A stretch of DNA of 59,975 nt, filler included, from Sphacelaria rigidula (lineage: Eukaryota): assembly GCA_964200075.2 (NCBI GenBank). It is 5 parts of 5 records of this genome, joined end to end, with 100 filler letters (N's around TTAATTAATTAA, not from the genome) between each part and the next. Parts side by side here need not be neighbours in the genome. Positions count along the whole stretch, not along the records: positions 48,064 to 59,975 come from CAXNAA020004344.1; 4 more parts are not named here. The stretch is one strand, 5' to 3'. The position numbers were made by a program, and so were the translations under genes. Of the stretch, positions 49,678-59,975 are shown piece by piece; the first letter of the stretch is position 1, and the number at the start of each line of letters is the position of its first letter. The notes beneath the pieces were generated by a model. The model worked only from the letters and a program-made list of their open reading frames with translations. It searched no databases and was not told where the DNA came from.

Positions 49678-52438
49678 ACCTCCATGCACTGTTGTAAATG
49701 CCGACATGATTTCAAAAATTGACCGACTCTTTTTTTCCGGGAGGGGTTGGTATATAGCTTCTACACATGATATACTGCAAGCCTTCCCCTGCAGTACATG
49801 TCACAAAGATAAAGAGGTGGGGGTCGCGGCGGCTGTGACGCCCGGACGGGTTAGTGCACGAAGAGGGTCGGCAAGCAAGCGAGGCAGACGAATGCACACA
49901 CAGGATATGGTAGAATTGTTCGGCTGCTGTACAAAGCGAGGTGTACACGAGCAGCAAGCAGAGCACTGGCTGTACTTTGTTATCATTATTATTATTATTA
50001 TTATTTTTTCCGCATACAGTATTACTCCGATCTCTCGAACCCGTGGTCACAGACGTAGGCTCGTCTTTCCAATACCATCCCTGCTAATCCTTGCAAGACA
50101 TAGAGCCCTCTATCCTTTTTGTTCGAGACTCCAAACAAACAACAGATATGCGCCGTCGGCACCGCATGCATGCATGATCCGAATATTCATAACCCACCGA
50201 CTGTCTTCATAAGTACTGCTGTTGTAGAAGCTCGTTTGTCTGCATGTTGCATTGCAGCGGCGTGCAGATGACAAGTTGAAGGTCGGTCCATATTTCAACA
50301 CCAACAGCTTGGCGCAAAAGGGCAGAGAGAAGGCTGTCCACTTAGACGAACGGTTCCTCATTACCACTCACGTCCTAGTGCTAGAATACTTGTTGGTGCG
50401 CATGCTTCCCCTCAAGCTTTCCCGAATGTGCAGGGGAACAAGCTTCCGCTTGCGGGGGACACCACTCGCACTACTAAAAGGATGACACGCTCATGCATGC
50501 CGCACCTTCCAAAATCATCTGCAGACGCGTTTTCCTATCCATCGCGAAAGCGCAAAGTAGAATGCTCGAACGAACGCCAACACTAACCTCTACCGACTCA
50601 CTCCATATGGACGACACCCGGTTTACCAGCTGCTAGCACAACGCTTGGCTGACTGCCTCATACATCGCCACCAACGGCATGTATGTACAACATGTGTCAT
50701 CACCATCCCATACAACCCCGCTACACCGACTTTGTAACCCTTCAACTACAAGTTGATCATATGACGCAAGAAAAATTCCACATCACCTTAGCGCGACCCT
50801 GCATCGCAGCAGCCGCAGAGCACTCCTTCTCTTCCTCACCAACCTCCCTCCAAGGTCCCCCAGTCCTCGACTCAGCAGAAAGCACCGGCGCCGGTGGCGG
50901 TGCCATTTCCGCAACCGCCTTAACTGCTTCCGACCCTCCCGGGGGTACCCCGTCCGTCTTGGAGCAACCGGGGTCACCAATACCAGTGAGCCGAGCACCA
51001 ACGCCGACACCGCAAGATCCTGCGCCAACGTCAGCCCGAATACAGGACGATAATCCTCTCTCAGGCGACCCGAGAGCTTCGCCTCTACTGCTACTATCCT
51101 CAAGCTGCGCACCATCATTTGTCCTCGTCGGCGGCATGACACTGCCGTCGCGTCGCGGGTAACCAACTACCGGCGGGTATTGATGTACAACGGCGCGCGG
51201 TTATACTTGCCCGCCCGTCCAAGCTCTGGACACAGGGTATGAGAGGATGACGGAGGTGTTGAAGCTCTTTTCCCTGCCCTTGCTTGATTTACCAGGCAAG
51301 GTTTCACTGGGATTGCTGCATGGCGCAGAGTGCGTTCTCTCCGAAGTACCGTGCTCTGTGTGCTTTGACTATTCGGTCCCGTCGCGGACACTCACACTCG
51401 ATGCGGTGGAGTGACCGTTCGTTGCTTCTTTATATCACCGGTCAGCGGGCCTGCAGCACATGGGGGTAGGATACATAGCGACCAGGAGTGGTACAGGCAG
51501 TCAAGGGGGAAGCACGAATAGTCGGGTTGGGTGGCCGGGATTATGAACTACCATAGTTGAACACCTAGCAAAACAGCAAGGGGTGTGTGATGATGAAATT
51601 CACAAGTTCTAGTTGTAGCAATGTGCTAGCTGGTAGACGGTGGCACGGGGAGCGGGGGCAGGGGGGCTAGGCGAAGCGAATCCAACGGCGCAATATGGTT
51701 CAGTGCAGCCAATACAAACACAGATGACAGAGGGGATTGCGCGGTAACGCCCAGTCTTTCGGTCAAAAAAAGGAGAACGCTTCGGGTCCAACGCTTCGGG
51801 TCCAAAGCTATGCATTCCGAGTTTATAACGATGCCGACAAGGCACCAGAGACCCCAAAAGCAAGCGAGGCACCACACACACATAGACAGCTTGCCACTGA
51901 GGGGTTGCACTCTACTGTTCCACATCCAAATCTTGTGCCCCCGCAGCACTCAAAATACAGTTGATGCACAAACCCTGTGAAAGCGGAGTAATGGCTTTGT
52001 GAGGGAAACAGGAACCATCCATGGTTCTGTTTGCGGCAACTCCACCAAAATTGGCATAGAGCGTCCACATGATTACGCCGACAGCGGCTAGAACAAGGAC
52101 TGCAGCACAAACAAAGAGGGTCGGAGTCTTTCTTCCGGTTGCTGCCACCAACAGCATACCTATTCTTGAAGATGGAGTTAATTCGGTTCACTCGAGGCAA
52201 ACGAGGCTCGGTCAAACAAAAAAGACGGTATCATAGACTGCATCGAAATTGCTACTTCCAGTGAAAAAGTAGACCGTCGTTGCACGCGTGGCACTTAAAC
52301 ATCAACCGAACAAACCGAGCGCCTTCTCGGCTTTTTGAATAAACTTTGCATGATGGACTGAATGAGCCACACAGAACGCGAAGGATCACAAACAGGACTT
52401 CTTACCTCTATGATGATTGCGTCTTGTGTGGTTTGACC
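49678..52438 (-). other. Probable spliced minus-strand transcript (unknown protein or lncRNA) divergent from the AIFM-like gene
   Basis: Series of CAG|...|GT bounded segments (52438-52407, ~52238-52161, ~52099-51974 with TM-like VLVLAAVGVIMWTLY, ~51166-50787, ~49789-49680); phases could not be joined into one ORF. Confidence 0.3.
49980..50133 (-). repeat. Retroposon 3' end with (TAA)n tail
   Basis: Reverse complement of the 29801-29940 family. Confidence 0.8.
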
Positions 52439-52865
52439 TGTTGGTAGTACCACGAAGTGTAATATGTATAGTGTGGCCTGTGTACTCGTCGGTTCGTATA
52501 GCCAAAAGTCCACCTCAACGAAAAATGCTTCTGAATTTTGATATCAGAATTGTCATAACTCAGGAAATGTTTTTTGATGGGGCAGACTTGGGTCAGAGCG
52601 AGAGAAAGCAACGTAATCACTGCAAGATATGTAAAATAACGATTCTGCCGTCGATTATGATTCGATAATGTACTCGATATTTCAAACTCCTGGTTCAACA
52701 CTTGTATGTTGAAGAAAACAACGTTAATATTTTTCAGGGTGGGATGAAGAATATTCCTTCATCACGATCACACAGAGTATGATGGGTCTGAGAAAATAAG
52801 TCTAAAGTGAATAGAAATAAATTTCCGCAGTGAGTGCTCTCTTGCCGTAGCTACACACGTCGAAC

Positions 52866-53186
52866 ATGTGGAGCTACGGCGGTAGCGTCCATGCCCGGAG
52901 AGCGCTGTCACGCCTCATTACGCGTAGAAATCCGTATTGCTGTACTGCAGAACCGCTTGCTTCAGCAGCATTAACAACGACGACGACGACGACAAAATCA
53001 CCAGGAGAGGACACTTGTGCAACAAGTTGTATATCTTCCGCAGCAGTTGCGCTGGCGTGCTTGTTGGCTAGTACTGATAGTGAAGCATCACTCAAGCACG
53101 CAGGCAGCAGCGATGATGGCATCCGTGGAGGCAGGGCTTATTGCAGGGGCCAGAAGATAGTATGGGTGGACTCTTACGGCAGAAAG
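52866..53186 (+). CDS. AIFM1-like mitochondrial FAD-dependent oxidoreductase, exon 1 (targeting peptide plus hydrophobic segment)
   Basis: AACATGT start, Arg/Ser/Ala-rich N-terminus, hydrophobic SAAVALACLLAS, donor AAG|GTACAG, phase 0. Confidence 0.7.
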
Positions 53187-54315
53187 GTACAGCAGCGGAG
53201 TCAAGAGGTCACGTTGTCAGTATCGAAATGGTGTGTCTCTGAGATGACGGTTCCCTGACACAGACAACAGTGTAACCGATCTGTTCTCAAAGTGGGAGAA
53301 TCTGAAACGGTCTGAACCAAATGAAAACTAACGGTGCCGGTCCGAATGTAACCACCATCACCACCGCCACTAGCAGTTTCGCCGGGTTGTGTGCTACTCC
53401 GTTGGTTTCCCTGCCGTGTTCACAACCATTTGTCCGTTTGGTTACCTCTTGTAGGGCCTCGAGCCATGCCCGGTGCGAACGTCCACCTCAAGGTTGCATA
53501 TCCTAGGTGAAAGTCGAGTTGCACATGTTGACGAACTGCAATGCGGCAGTGGCACACAGACTTGACGCTGGACCGCCCAGTTAACGCTCACAATACATGA
53601 GCACCATATTCCACTGCCCTCGGTATGCTGCTGAATATTGATCCTGTCCTCCGGGGTGAATAACGTGGTCCATAGCCGCAGTTGGGGCGGGCCTCACCTG
53701 GACGTCCTCCACCCGGCATTCTCCTGATACAGAAGAATCCTACCGTATTCTAGATCGAATTTCTCAAGCTTCTCTCCTTGCGGGGAAATCGGGTTAATGG
53801 ACGCACCACTGACTGTGGCTGTGTTGCACGTAGTCGTCGTTGGCGTATCGTTGCAGACATCTTGCGGCGCGGAAACCGCGGGAGTGGGCTGTATCTATGG
53901 TTCACCAGACCATGTACTGAATCCGTATTATGCTCAGTTGTTGTGATACATACCCCTAGTCGCCGTTTCTTTAGTACACATCGCGAAGCGCAACCCCAGT
54001 AAACTTCACCGTGGTTCCCCCCATCAACCGCTTCGACCCCTCGAGCCACGAAGAGTTTAAGGTGTTCACCGCTCCGAGCAGTCGTTCACCAAATCCAATA
54101 CGCAGATTGATGTGATTGGCATACGCTGCCTCGCTTTGCGGTCACAGGCTTACCATTACCCTGATATCCTTCAAGAAGATCTTGACCGTGTTCCACGTCT
54201 CGTCGTGTCCGTTGATGTAATCCACCAGTATCGTCTAACCACAACGACATACCCTTCCCTGATCCCCCTCGCGAACATTTTGGCCACGCCATCGTGCTTC
54301 CTTTAATATCTGCAG

Positions 54316-54392
54316 GTGGCGGTCCAGGAGAAGGACATGCCTAATCACGCCCTAGCCACACAAGAAAATGCCACCGATGGCGCTATCCCCAG
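54316..54392 (+). CDS. AIFM1-like gene, exon 2 (VAVQEKDMPNHALATQENATDGAIPR)
   Basis: CTGCAG| acceptor, AG|GTACGC donor, 77 nt, phase 0 to 2, exactly bridging exons 1 and 3. Confidence 0.72.
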
Positions 54393-56472
54393 GTACGCAG
54401 TAGTACAGTGTGATGCTTCGCTTGTGCGTCGAAACTCACGCGCGTGAAATTGCAGTTATTCTCCATGCACAACAAGAGTCGGCCTTCCGAGATGACTGTA
54501 ATCCATGGCGTGCCTGCGCAGGATATGCCGAATGTGCGGTTCCTGCAGCAAGCTGGTTGCTTATCCCTCTCCCGACGACTCTCCCTCGTCTTCCCAACGT
54601 TTCAATTTTCTCAATGGCGTTGTGGTCAACGATGGCCTTCAATTTAAGTGCGCTCCGAGACGGCACCGACCGCGCAGTACCGGCGAGTACCCGGTACGAA
54701 TTCTATTTTTTTAGGCGTTTTCGGTACCCGATATGTATTCGAGTACCGGCGGGTTTTCTCGCGGTATTACCCAGGAACTAGAATACCGGAATTTCCTCGG
54801 TACTACAGTGCCAGGTGCTTTTTAGTGACGTAAGTGACCTCATACTGTGCCATTTCCGTCCCGATTTCGTACGATTGTGATACCGCCTCCGTTTATTATG
54901 GTTATTCTTCGTCGCCCCAGGTTCATGTGTATCTAGGTGACCACTGTTCGTGTATCAATGTATATTTGGCGCATGTATACACAATATAATATGCACGATG
55001 ATCAACATTTGTGAGTTTCCGACTTGACAGCATGGAATATGGAATGTAGGAAGAGGCAGCATCCATCCCCTGTACATGTACCACACAGTAGTACAGTAGT
55101 ACTACAACACGAAGCACGCAACACGCCAACAGTTGATATACCAAGTAGCAGGCCAGTTAAAGTGCGACAATCAGTCGATCAAGTGAATCATCAATCAGTA
55201 CAGGTCGGCTGCGATGTACGATCTGAAGGCAAAGGTAAACGCCAGGCGGACGCCCTTGAGACAGCAAAGAGAGCCTCTTCAATCAGACGACGACGAGTCA
55301 AAGTCCAGCGAGGAGCACCCGTTTTAGTCCAGCTCCGGTTCAGACGAGTCCAGCGTCGACGTAGGTGCAGACTCTGAACCCGAGATGTTATACGTGGCGA
55401 CAAGTCCCGTGCGGAAAGGTCCACGATAGGCCGCGTGGGGAGCGCAACCCCTCCCTGTATTTCCTTGGTTGGGCTTGCTCGGGTCAAAAGGGCCGCCGGA
55501 CGGCGGTGCTCTGGAAGGGCTTTTTTCGCTTTGGTTCCGCTTGTTTCGAAGGATTGCATGATATCGCACCCTTGCTCTGCCTCACTTTTTTGTGTTGATC
55601 GTTTCGCGTGGCTGAGCAGAGTACCCCCAGAAATACGGCGGAAGTCTACCACGATTCTTGCTCGTCTGGTTGGTGGGGTTTAACAATTGTCGGGTGCAAC
55701 GGTGGTTGCTTCGACACGTTTTTTTTTGTCGATGATTCTGGTGTGATTAGTCACTAGTGACTGCCCAACGTGTGTTTTTGTTGGCTGCGCTGAGAATAAG
55801 AGTTGAGACTGCGGTACAGTGTTTTCCTTCTTTTACTTTATTTTTAGTTTTCCGTTCTGCCAGAGAAGCATGAATCGTAGCGTTGAGTAGTTGTTTGCTG
55901 TTTTTTAGCCCCTTCGCACATTCAAACACAAATGCGATTCCACACCCATTAGGTATTCTTCCCTGCTTTCGCATACTTTGCCTTTTTCGACCTCCTCTTC
56001 ATGCCATTGCTGTGCAACCTCAAGCGCGCCTTCATAGCCCATCACTTACTACAGGTTTGGCTGACTGATGCCGCATACTCGTGTGTGTAGTGATAGGCGG
56101 GTCGAAGAGACATGGCTAACACAACTATTCATATTCCGTCCGTGGGGCATTGCTTTCCCCCCAAATAAACGTAGAGTACAGGCAGCAACGGGGGGGAACC
56201 GGTACCCGGTGTACTGGGTACTTGTCCATTATATACCCGGTATTTTGATGCCGGGTAGTACGGGGCGAGTTCTCGCCTATCCTCGTTTTCCCTCCAAAGT
56301 AGCGCCTCCGTATCCTGCAATCTGTTTGGTTTTAAATGTCATCCTCCATCAACTTCTAAACGCGCCCGGCCACCCGTACCTGCTCATTTCAGAATTGACA
56401 CGACAATTGTCGGCTTATCCTCAACACCTGCAATCCTCTCCTCCCGCCGACCGCCCCCTCTCATCATTCCAG

Positions 56473-57082
56473 ATTCTGCCCGTACGTAATCGTGGGGTTC
56501 GGTATTGCGGGTCAAGCCGCCCTCCGCGCTCTGCTCGAGCGCGACCCCGCCGCGCACGTGCTCGTCGTGGACGCTCGATCAGACGGCCCCGAGCCACCGC
56601 CGCCAGCACAGCTACCGAAGACCGCAAAAGTGGAATACCTACGAGGAACGCGAGCGATATCTCTCGACCCTGACCGTGGACTGTTAGTGCTTACCAAGAA
56701 TGTCATCACGGGGTCTAGAACGGGAGCGGCTGCATCCGACGGGGGGCTACCTCCGACGGGTGTGGAAGGGAAACATCCGGAATCGGTGGGGACGCCTCTC
56801 GTGCTGCAGCCGGCGAAGCCTGCAAAACCAAAATCTGAAGAGATCGCGTTCGGAAGGTGTCTGCTCGCGTTGGGTTCCATGCCCAGGTTTCCGCCCAGGG
56901 GGTTTGTGGATCCACAGGCGTGGAAAGATATGGCTCTTCTTGGATGGAGAGATAGGGAGACGAGGGAGGGGTTGAAGAGGGATATCGAGGAAGGAAAGTC
57001 TGTGACCATCGTTGGGTCGTCTTGGGAAGCGCTGGAGCTTGCGTGCTCCTTGCAGGAAGGTCGTGGTTCGAATAGTGAGACG
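56473..57082 (+). CDS. AIFM1-like gene, exon 3: FAD-binding Rossmann fold (pyridine nucleotide-disulphide oxidoreductase family)
   Basis: TTCCAG| acceptor, phase 2; PYVIVGFGIAGQAALRALLERDPAAHVLVVD (GxGxxG), FGRCLLALGSMPR (ATG motif), KSVTIVGSSWEALELACSL; donor GTGGGT at 57083 (or GTGAGA at 57087); later exons unresolved. Confidence 0.85.
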
Positions 57083-58175
57083 GTGGGTGAGAGGATTTTC
57101 ATCTTTTGCTTTTGCTTGATATGAACGTGGGAACCACCCCCCCGACTTTTTGTAGCCTCTTATTTTTGGGACGCCAATTTGGTCATCTTCCATTTGGTGA
57201 ATGTAGCGGCCATCGTCGGATTATCGGGAATGCGACCGTTTGTTTTTTCATCACCACCAACCATTGTTGCGAACGACAAAAAAAAAGGGAAATCCTGACG
57301 TGGTGAGCAGCTTCATCACGAGCTGGACCAGCCTAGAAGCGGATTTGTAGTGTGCAGGCCCATTCTCCCATCACTGTTTGGAGCTGGTTCCTGAAATTCG
57401 GTATGAACAGTGAAGAGGGCATAATTAAAAGATGTCTATTGGCGGAAGTCTTTTTTTTCCATGATTCAACGGCATTTTACTCAGACCTGACAAGTGATGA
57501 GAGCCTCTCACGCATGAACAAAAAATCTTTGGGGGCGATCAATATTTTCTTTAACTTTACCCTTGTCATAGTCCATACCAAATTTCAGGGGCCAACTCCA
57601 AAAATTGATGGAAGAATGGGCCGTTTAGTAACCAGATCGGTGGAGAATCGCAACAGTTTTTTGCAAGTAACTTACCGGCCTACGTTTGGTGTTTGTGCAT
57701 TGAAATTTTGTGTGGAACCTCGCTAGGGCATAATGAACCGAAAAAGTGTCAGATTGGCTATATTTGTATTTCCACTGGTTTTTATGTTTTAGCATGTTGA
57801 CGAAGTACGGTAACGACCATTTTTCACGAGAACCCCCGAACCTAGAAGAAAAAACAACGAAGGCCCGTTTTTTTTAATTCGGCATGCCTTTGCGATTCTT
57901 CATGCTAAGTTTCAAACCCCAATTCTAAAATTGAGCTAAAAAACAGTGGTAAAGTCCAACAGCAATCCTTATTTTTCCTCAAAACTCTCCTGAAAAGACG
58001 AAAAAAAGGCAGAAAATGTAGAAGCTGTTTCTATTATTATACCCTAGCAATTCTCCACACAAAATTCCAAAACACAACTCTCAAAAACTGAGACGCGATA
58101 TTCAGATTTGATGCATTTCGTGCCTATGCTCGTTATATATTGATTTTAGTATGTAATGTTTTGTGCACCATATTG

Positions 58176-58711
58176 CAAATGGCATATTGGAGTCGAAAAA
58201 GGAGCGGAAAAGGTTGAGGACACGTGGCGACGCGCGGACAAACGATAATCAGACCGCCGTCACAAGCGAGAGGCTGCTTCGTCGGGGGGCGTCAATCAAA
58301 GAATCCTGTCTGCTCATATCGGTTGTTGATTATGTCCCTAGTCGGTGGCTCTGCGATGCCCACTGGTGTGTGTGTCTGTATCTACTCGGCTGCCGTGAAT
58401 CCCTTGGGCTTTCTCCTTTTTATTATCATTTGAGTCTATACTTTTTGCTCTTTTCTTTGCTCTTATTTTTTTGTATTGTTTTGGATCGACCATTTGTTTC
58501 TGTCTTCGCTTTTGCTGACGTTTTTAATCACTTTTTTTTTTCTTTCTAGGTCTTAGTGTACTATGTCGTTATGTTCGACTTTTCTCTGTTCCTTCTCTTT
58601 TTCAGCGAGTGTTTCTGTTTGCTTCTCTTGAGTACGTCTTTCATGCGACCACGGCTGGACCCCTGGGGGGTCAGTTGAAGTGCGACAATCAATCAATCAA
58701 TTATATCAATC
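58176..58711 (+). mobile_element. RTE-like LINE 3' end (ORF C-terminus, T-rich UTR, (CAAT)n tail); intronic
   Basis: KWHIGVEKGAEKVEDTWRRAD peptide, then GACCACGGCTGGACCCCTGGGGGGTCAGTTGAAGTGCGACAATCAATCAATCAA; tail also at ~55150-55197 and 30068-30150. Confidence 0.75.
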
Positions 58712-59432
58712 ACATCTCGACATGGATGAATTCGGTGAAGGTAAGGGTATCTATCGTTTCCCCGTGCTCCAGGGAATGTCCACACCAAAAAACATCATCC
58801 GCTGTATGCATCGTTCGCGGTTTCATATAGACTTTACTATAGACGCTACCTACGTACGGTACAGGAATCACTAGACATGGGGTTTGATCAATTAGGAAAA
58901 ATTGGCCCAGATTTATGAACAGATGGGCACCTTTTCCTTGGTTAGACGATTAATACGATATATGGATCACGGCCCAACTCGTCTGTGTCGATGCTTTGAG
59001 AGCTTGAACCCGTTTCTACAGGCTGTGCCAGCCTGTATGCTTCATCAACATTATCGTATCATGAGAAACACGCATCTTACATGATGTTGCTTATTCGACT
59101 CATCAGTTCGTCATTTCCCACCGCGGAAGCTACCTCGTACCGAAGCCCCCGCGCTGTCCAAGGGGCCTCACAGACTGGAATACATTATTCACCGCCCCCG
59201 ATTTCCGAAAACCTTATTCCGGGCGACGGGTGGGAGGGGGTACCCCATTTTGGATGAGTAGGTACCCCCCTGATCAGATAGATAATGACGATAGTAGGTA
59301 CTGTACTGTGCAGCACGTGTATGAACGACTTTTCCCGGCTTGTGCCAGGCTTGTGTACAAGCTGTGTATGCTATGGCTGCACGGCAGGTGGTAGGGGTAC
59401 GTCAAGCCTTGGCTGAGCGACGTCTATATTTG

Positions 59433-59658
59433 CTGTGTCTGTGTCGTCGTCCCATCTGTTCTGGACGCCAGTCTACACTATTCGGTGTATATGGGCGCAC
59501 GAGCCGGGGTCACACAGGAGGAAGGCCAACACATTTTTTTTTTTCCTTTTTAACTGTTCTAGTTCTCCACCTTCCTGCTGCGGCGCTTCCCTTACTTTTC
59601 TTTTATCGACAGAGGGGTTCAGCCCTCCCTTGCCCTCGTCGACCGTGAGGTCGAATTC
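59433..59658 (-). mobile_element. 5'-truncated copy of the tRNA-derived SINE
   Basis: GTCGTCCCATCTGTTCTGGACGCC...GGTCACACAGGAGGAAGGCCAACAC...GAGGGGTTCAGC...CCCTCGTCGACC matches 28900-29110. Confidence 0.85.
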
Positions 59659-59975
59659 AATTGGAACATACTATGCCAGCACGGAAAAATAATACAGAAC
59701 TGTGCTTGTTGGCTACTTTCTTTAGCAACGCCATCTTCACGAGATTCTCATTTGCCGCTTATACCTGCGTTGCTGTGCAGTATGCCGACCTTTAAAGCTT
59801 GCCCCTCGACAGCTGTTCGGATGCGGGCACTACCTAAGCGGGCACCAACCAGGTGGTCATCCTTGAACCATCTACAATTGGTTGACACCATGGTAGTACT
59901 GTCAGAACATTTTTATGCTGGTTAGAATTATACAGTCAAGTCACAGTAGTAGTAGTGTATACCTCTGGTGTCACT

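Noticed and set aside
53500-54300. Possible very old Gypsy RT/RNase H remnant on the minus strand in AIFM-like intron 1
   Set aside because: Only vague motif echoes with no diagnostic residues; needs a profile search

Overview
Eukaryotic, repeat-rich, intron-rich DNA. The style of the LINEs, SINEs and introns suggests a brown alga or other stramenopile (inference). The window is NOT one locus. Four 100-nt spacers (N-TTAATTAATTAA-N) sit 12,015-12,016 nt apart and join five contigs of 11,916, 11,916, 11,916, 11,915 and 11,912 nt, as expected for length-sorted unplaced contigs, so adjacency across the spacers means nothing. Host genes reconstructed by hand from splice sites: (i) the 5' part of a WD-repeat gene resembling WDCP/C2orf44 (minus, 14.8-16.0 kb); (ii) the last four exons of a coiled-coil gene resembling kinetochore DSN1/Mis13 (plus, 24.4-30.8 kb); (iii) three exons of a mitochondrial AIFM1-like flavoprotein with a degenerate NADH motif (plus, 52.9-57.1 kb); plus several orphan exons. 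Contig 4 is a nest of transposons. A chromodomain Ty3/Gypsy element (258-bp LTRs, GGCC TSD) lies inside a solo-LTR-like element, which lies inside the tyrosine recombinase gene of a DIRS/Ngaro-type retrotransposon that also carries a LINE fragment. A piggyBac-like element sits next to it between probable split direct repeats. Elsewhere: RTE-like LINE remnants, a copia remnant, three tRNA-derived SINEs, many MITEs and foldbacks, and a 314-bp near-perfect inverted repeat. No rRNA, bona fide tRNA, CRISPR array or prokaryotic operon was found. All homology calls come from motif recognition by eye and need confirmation by search.
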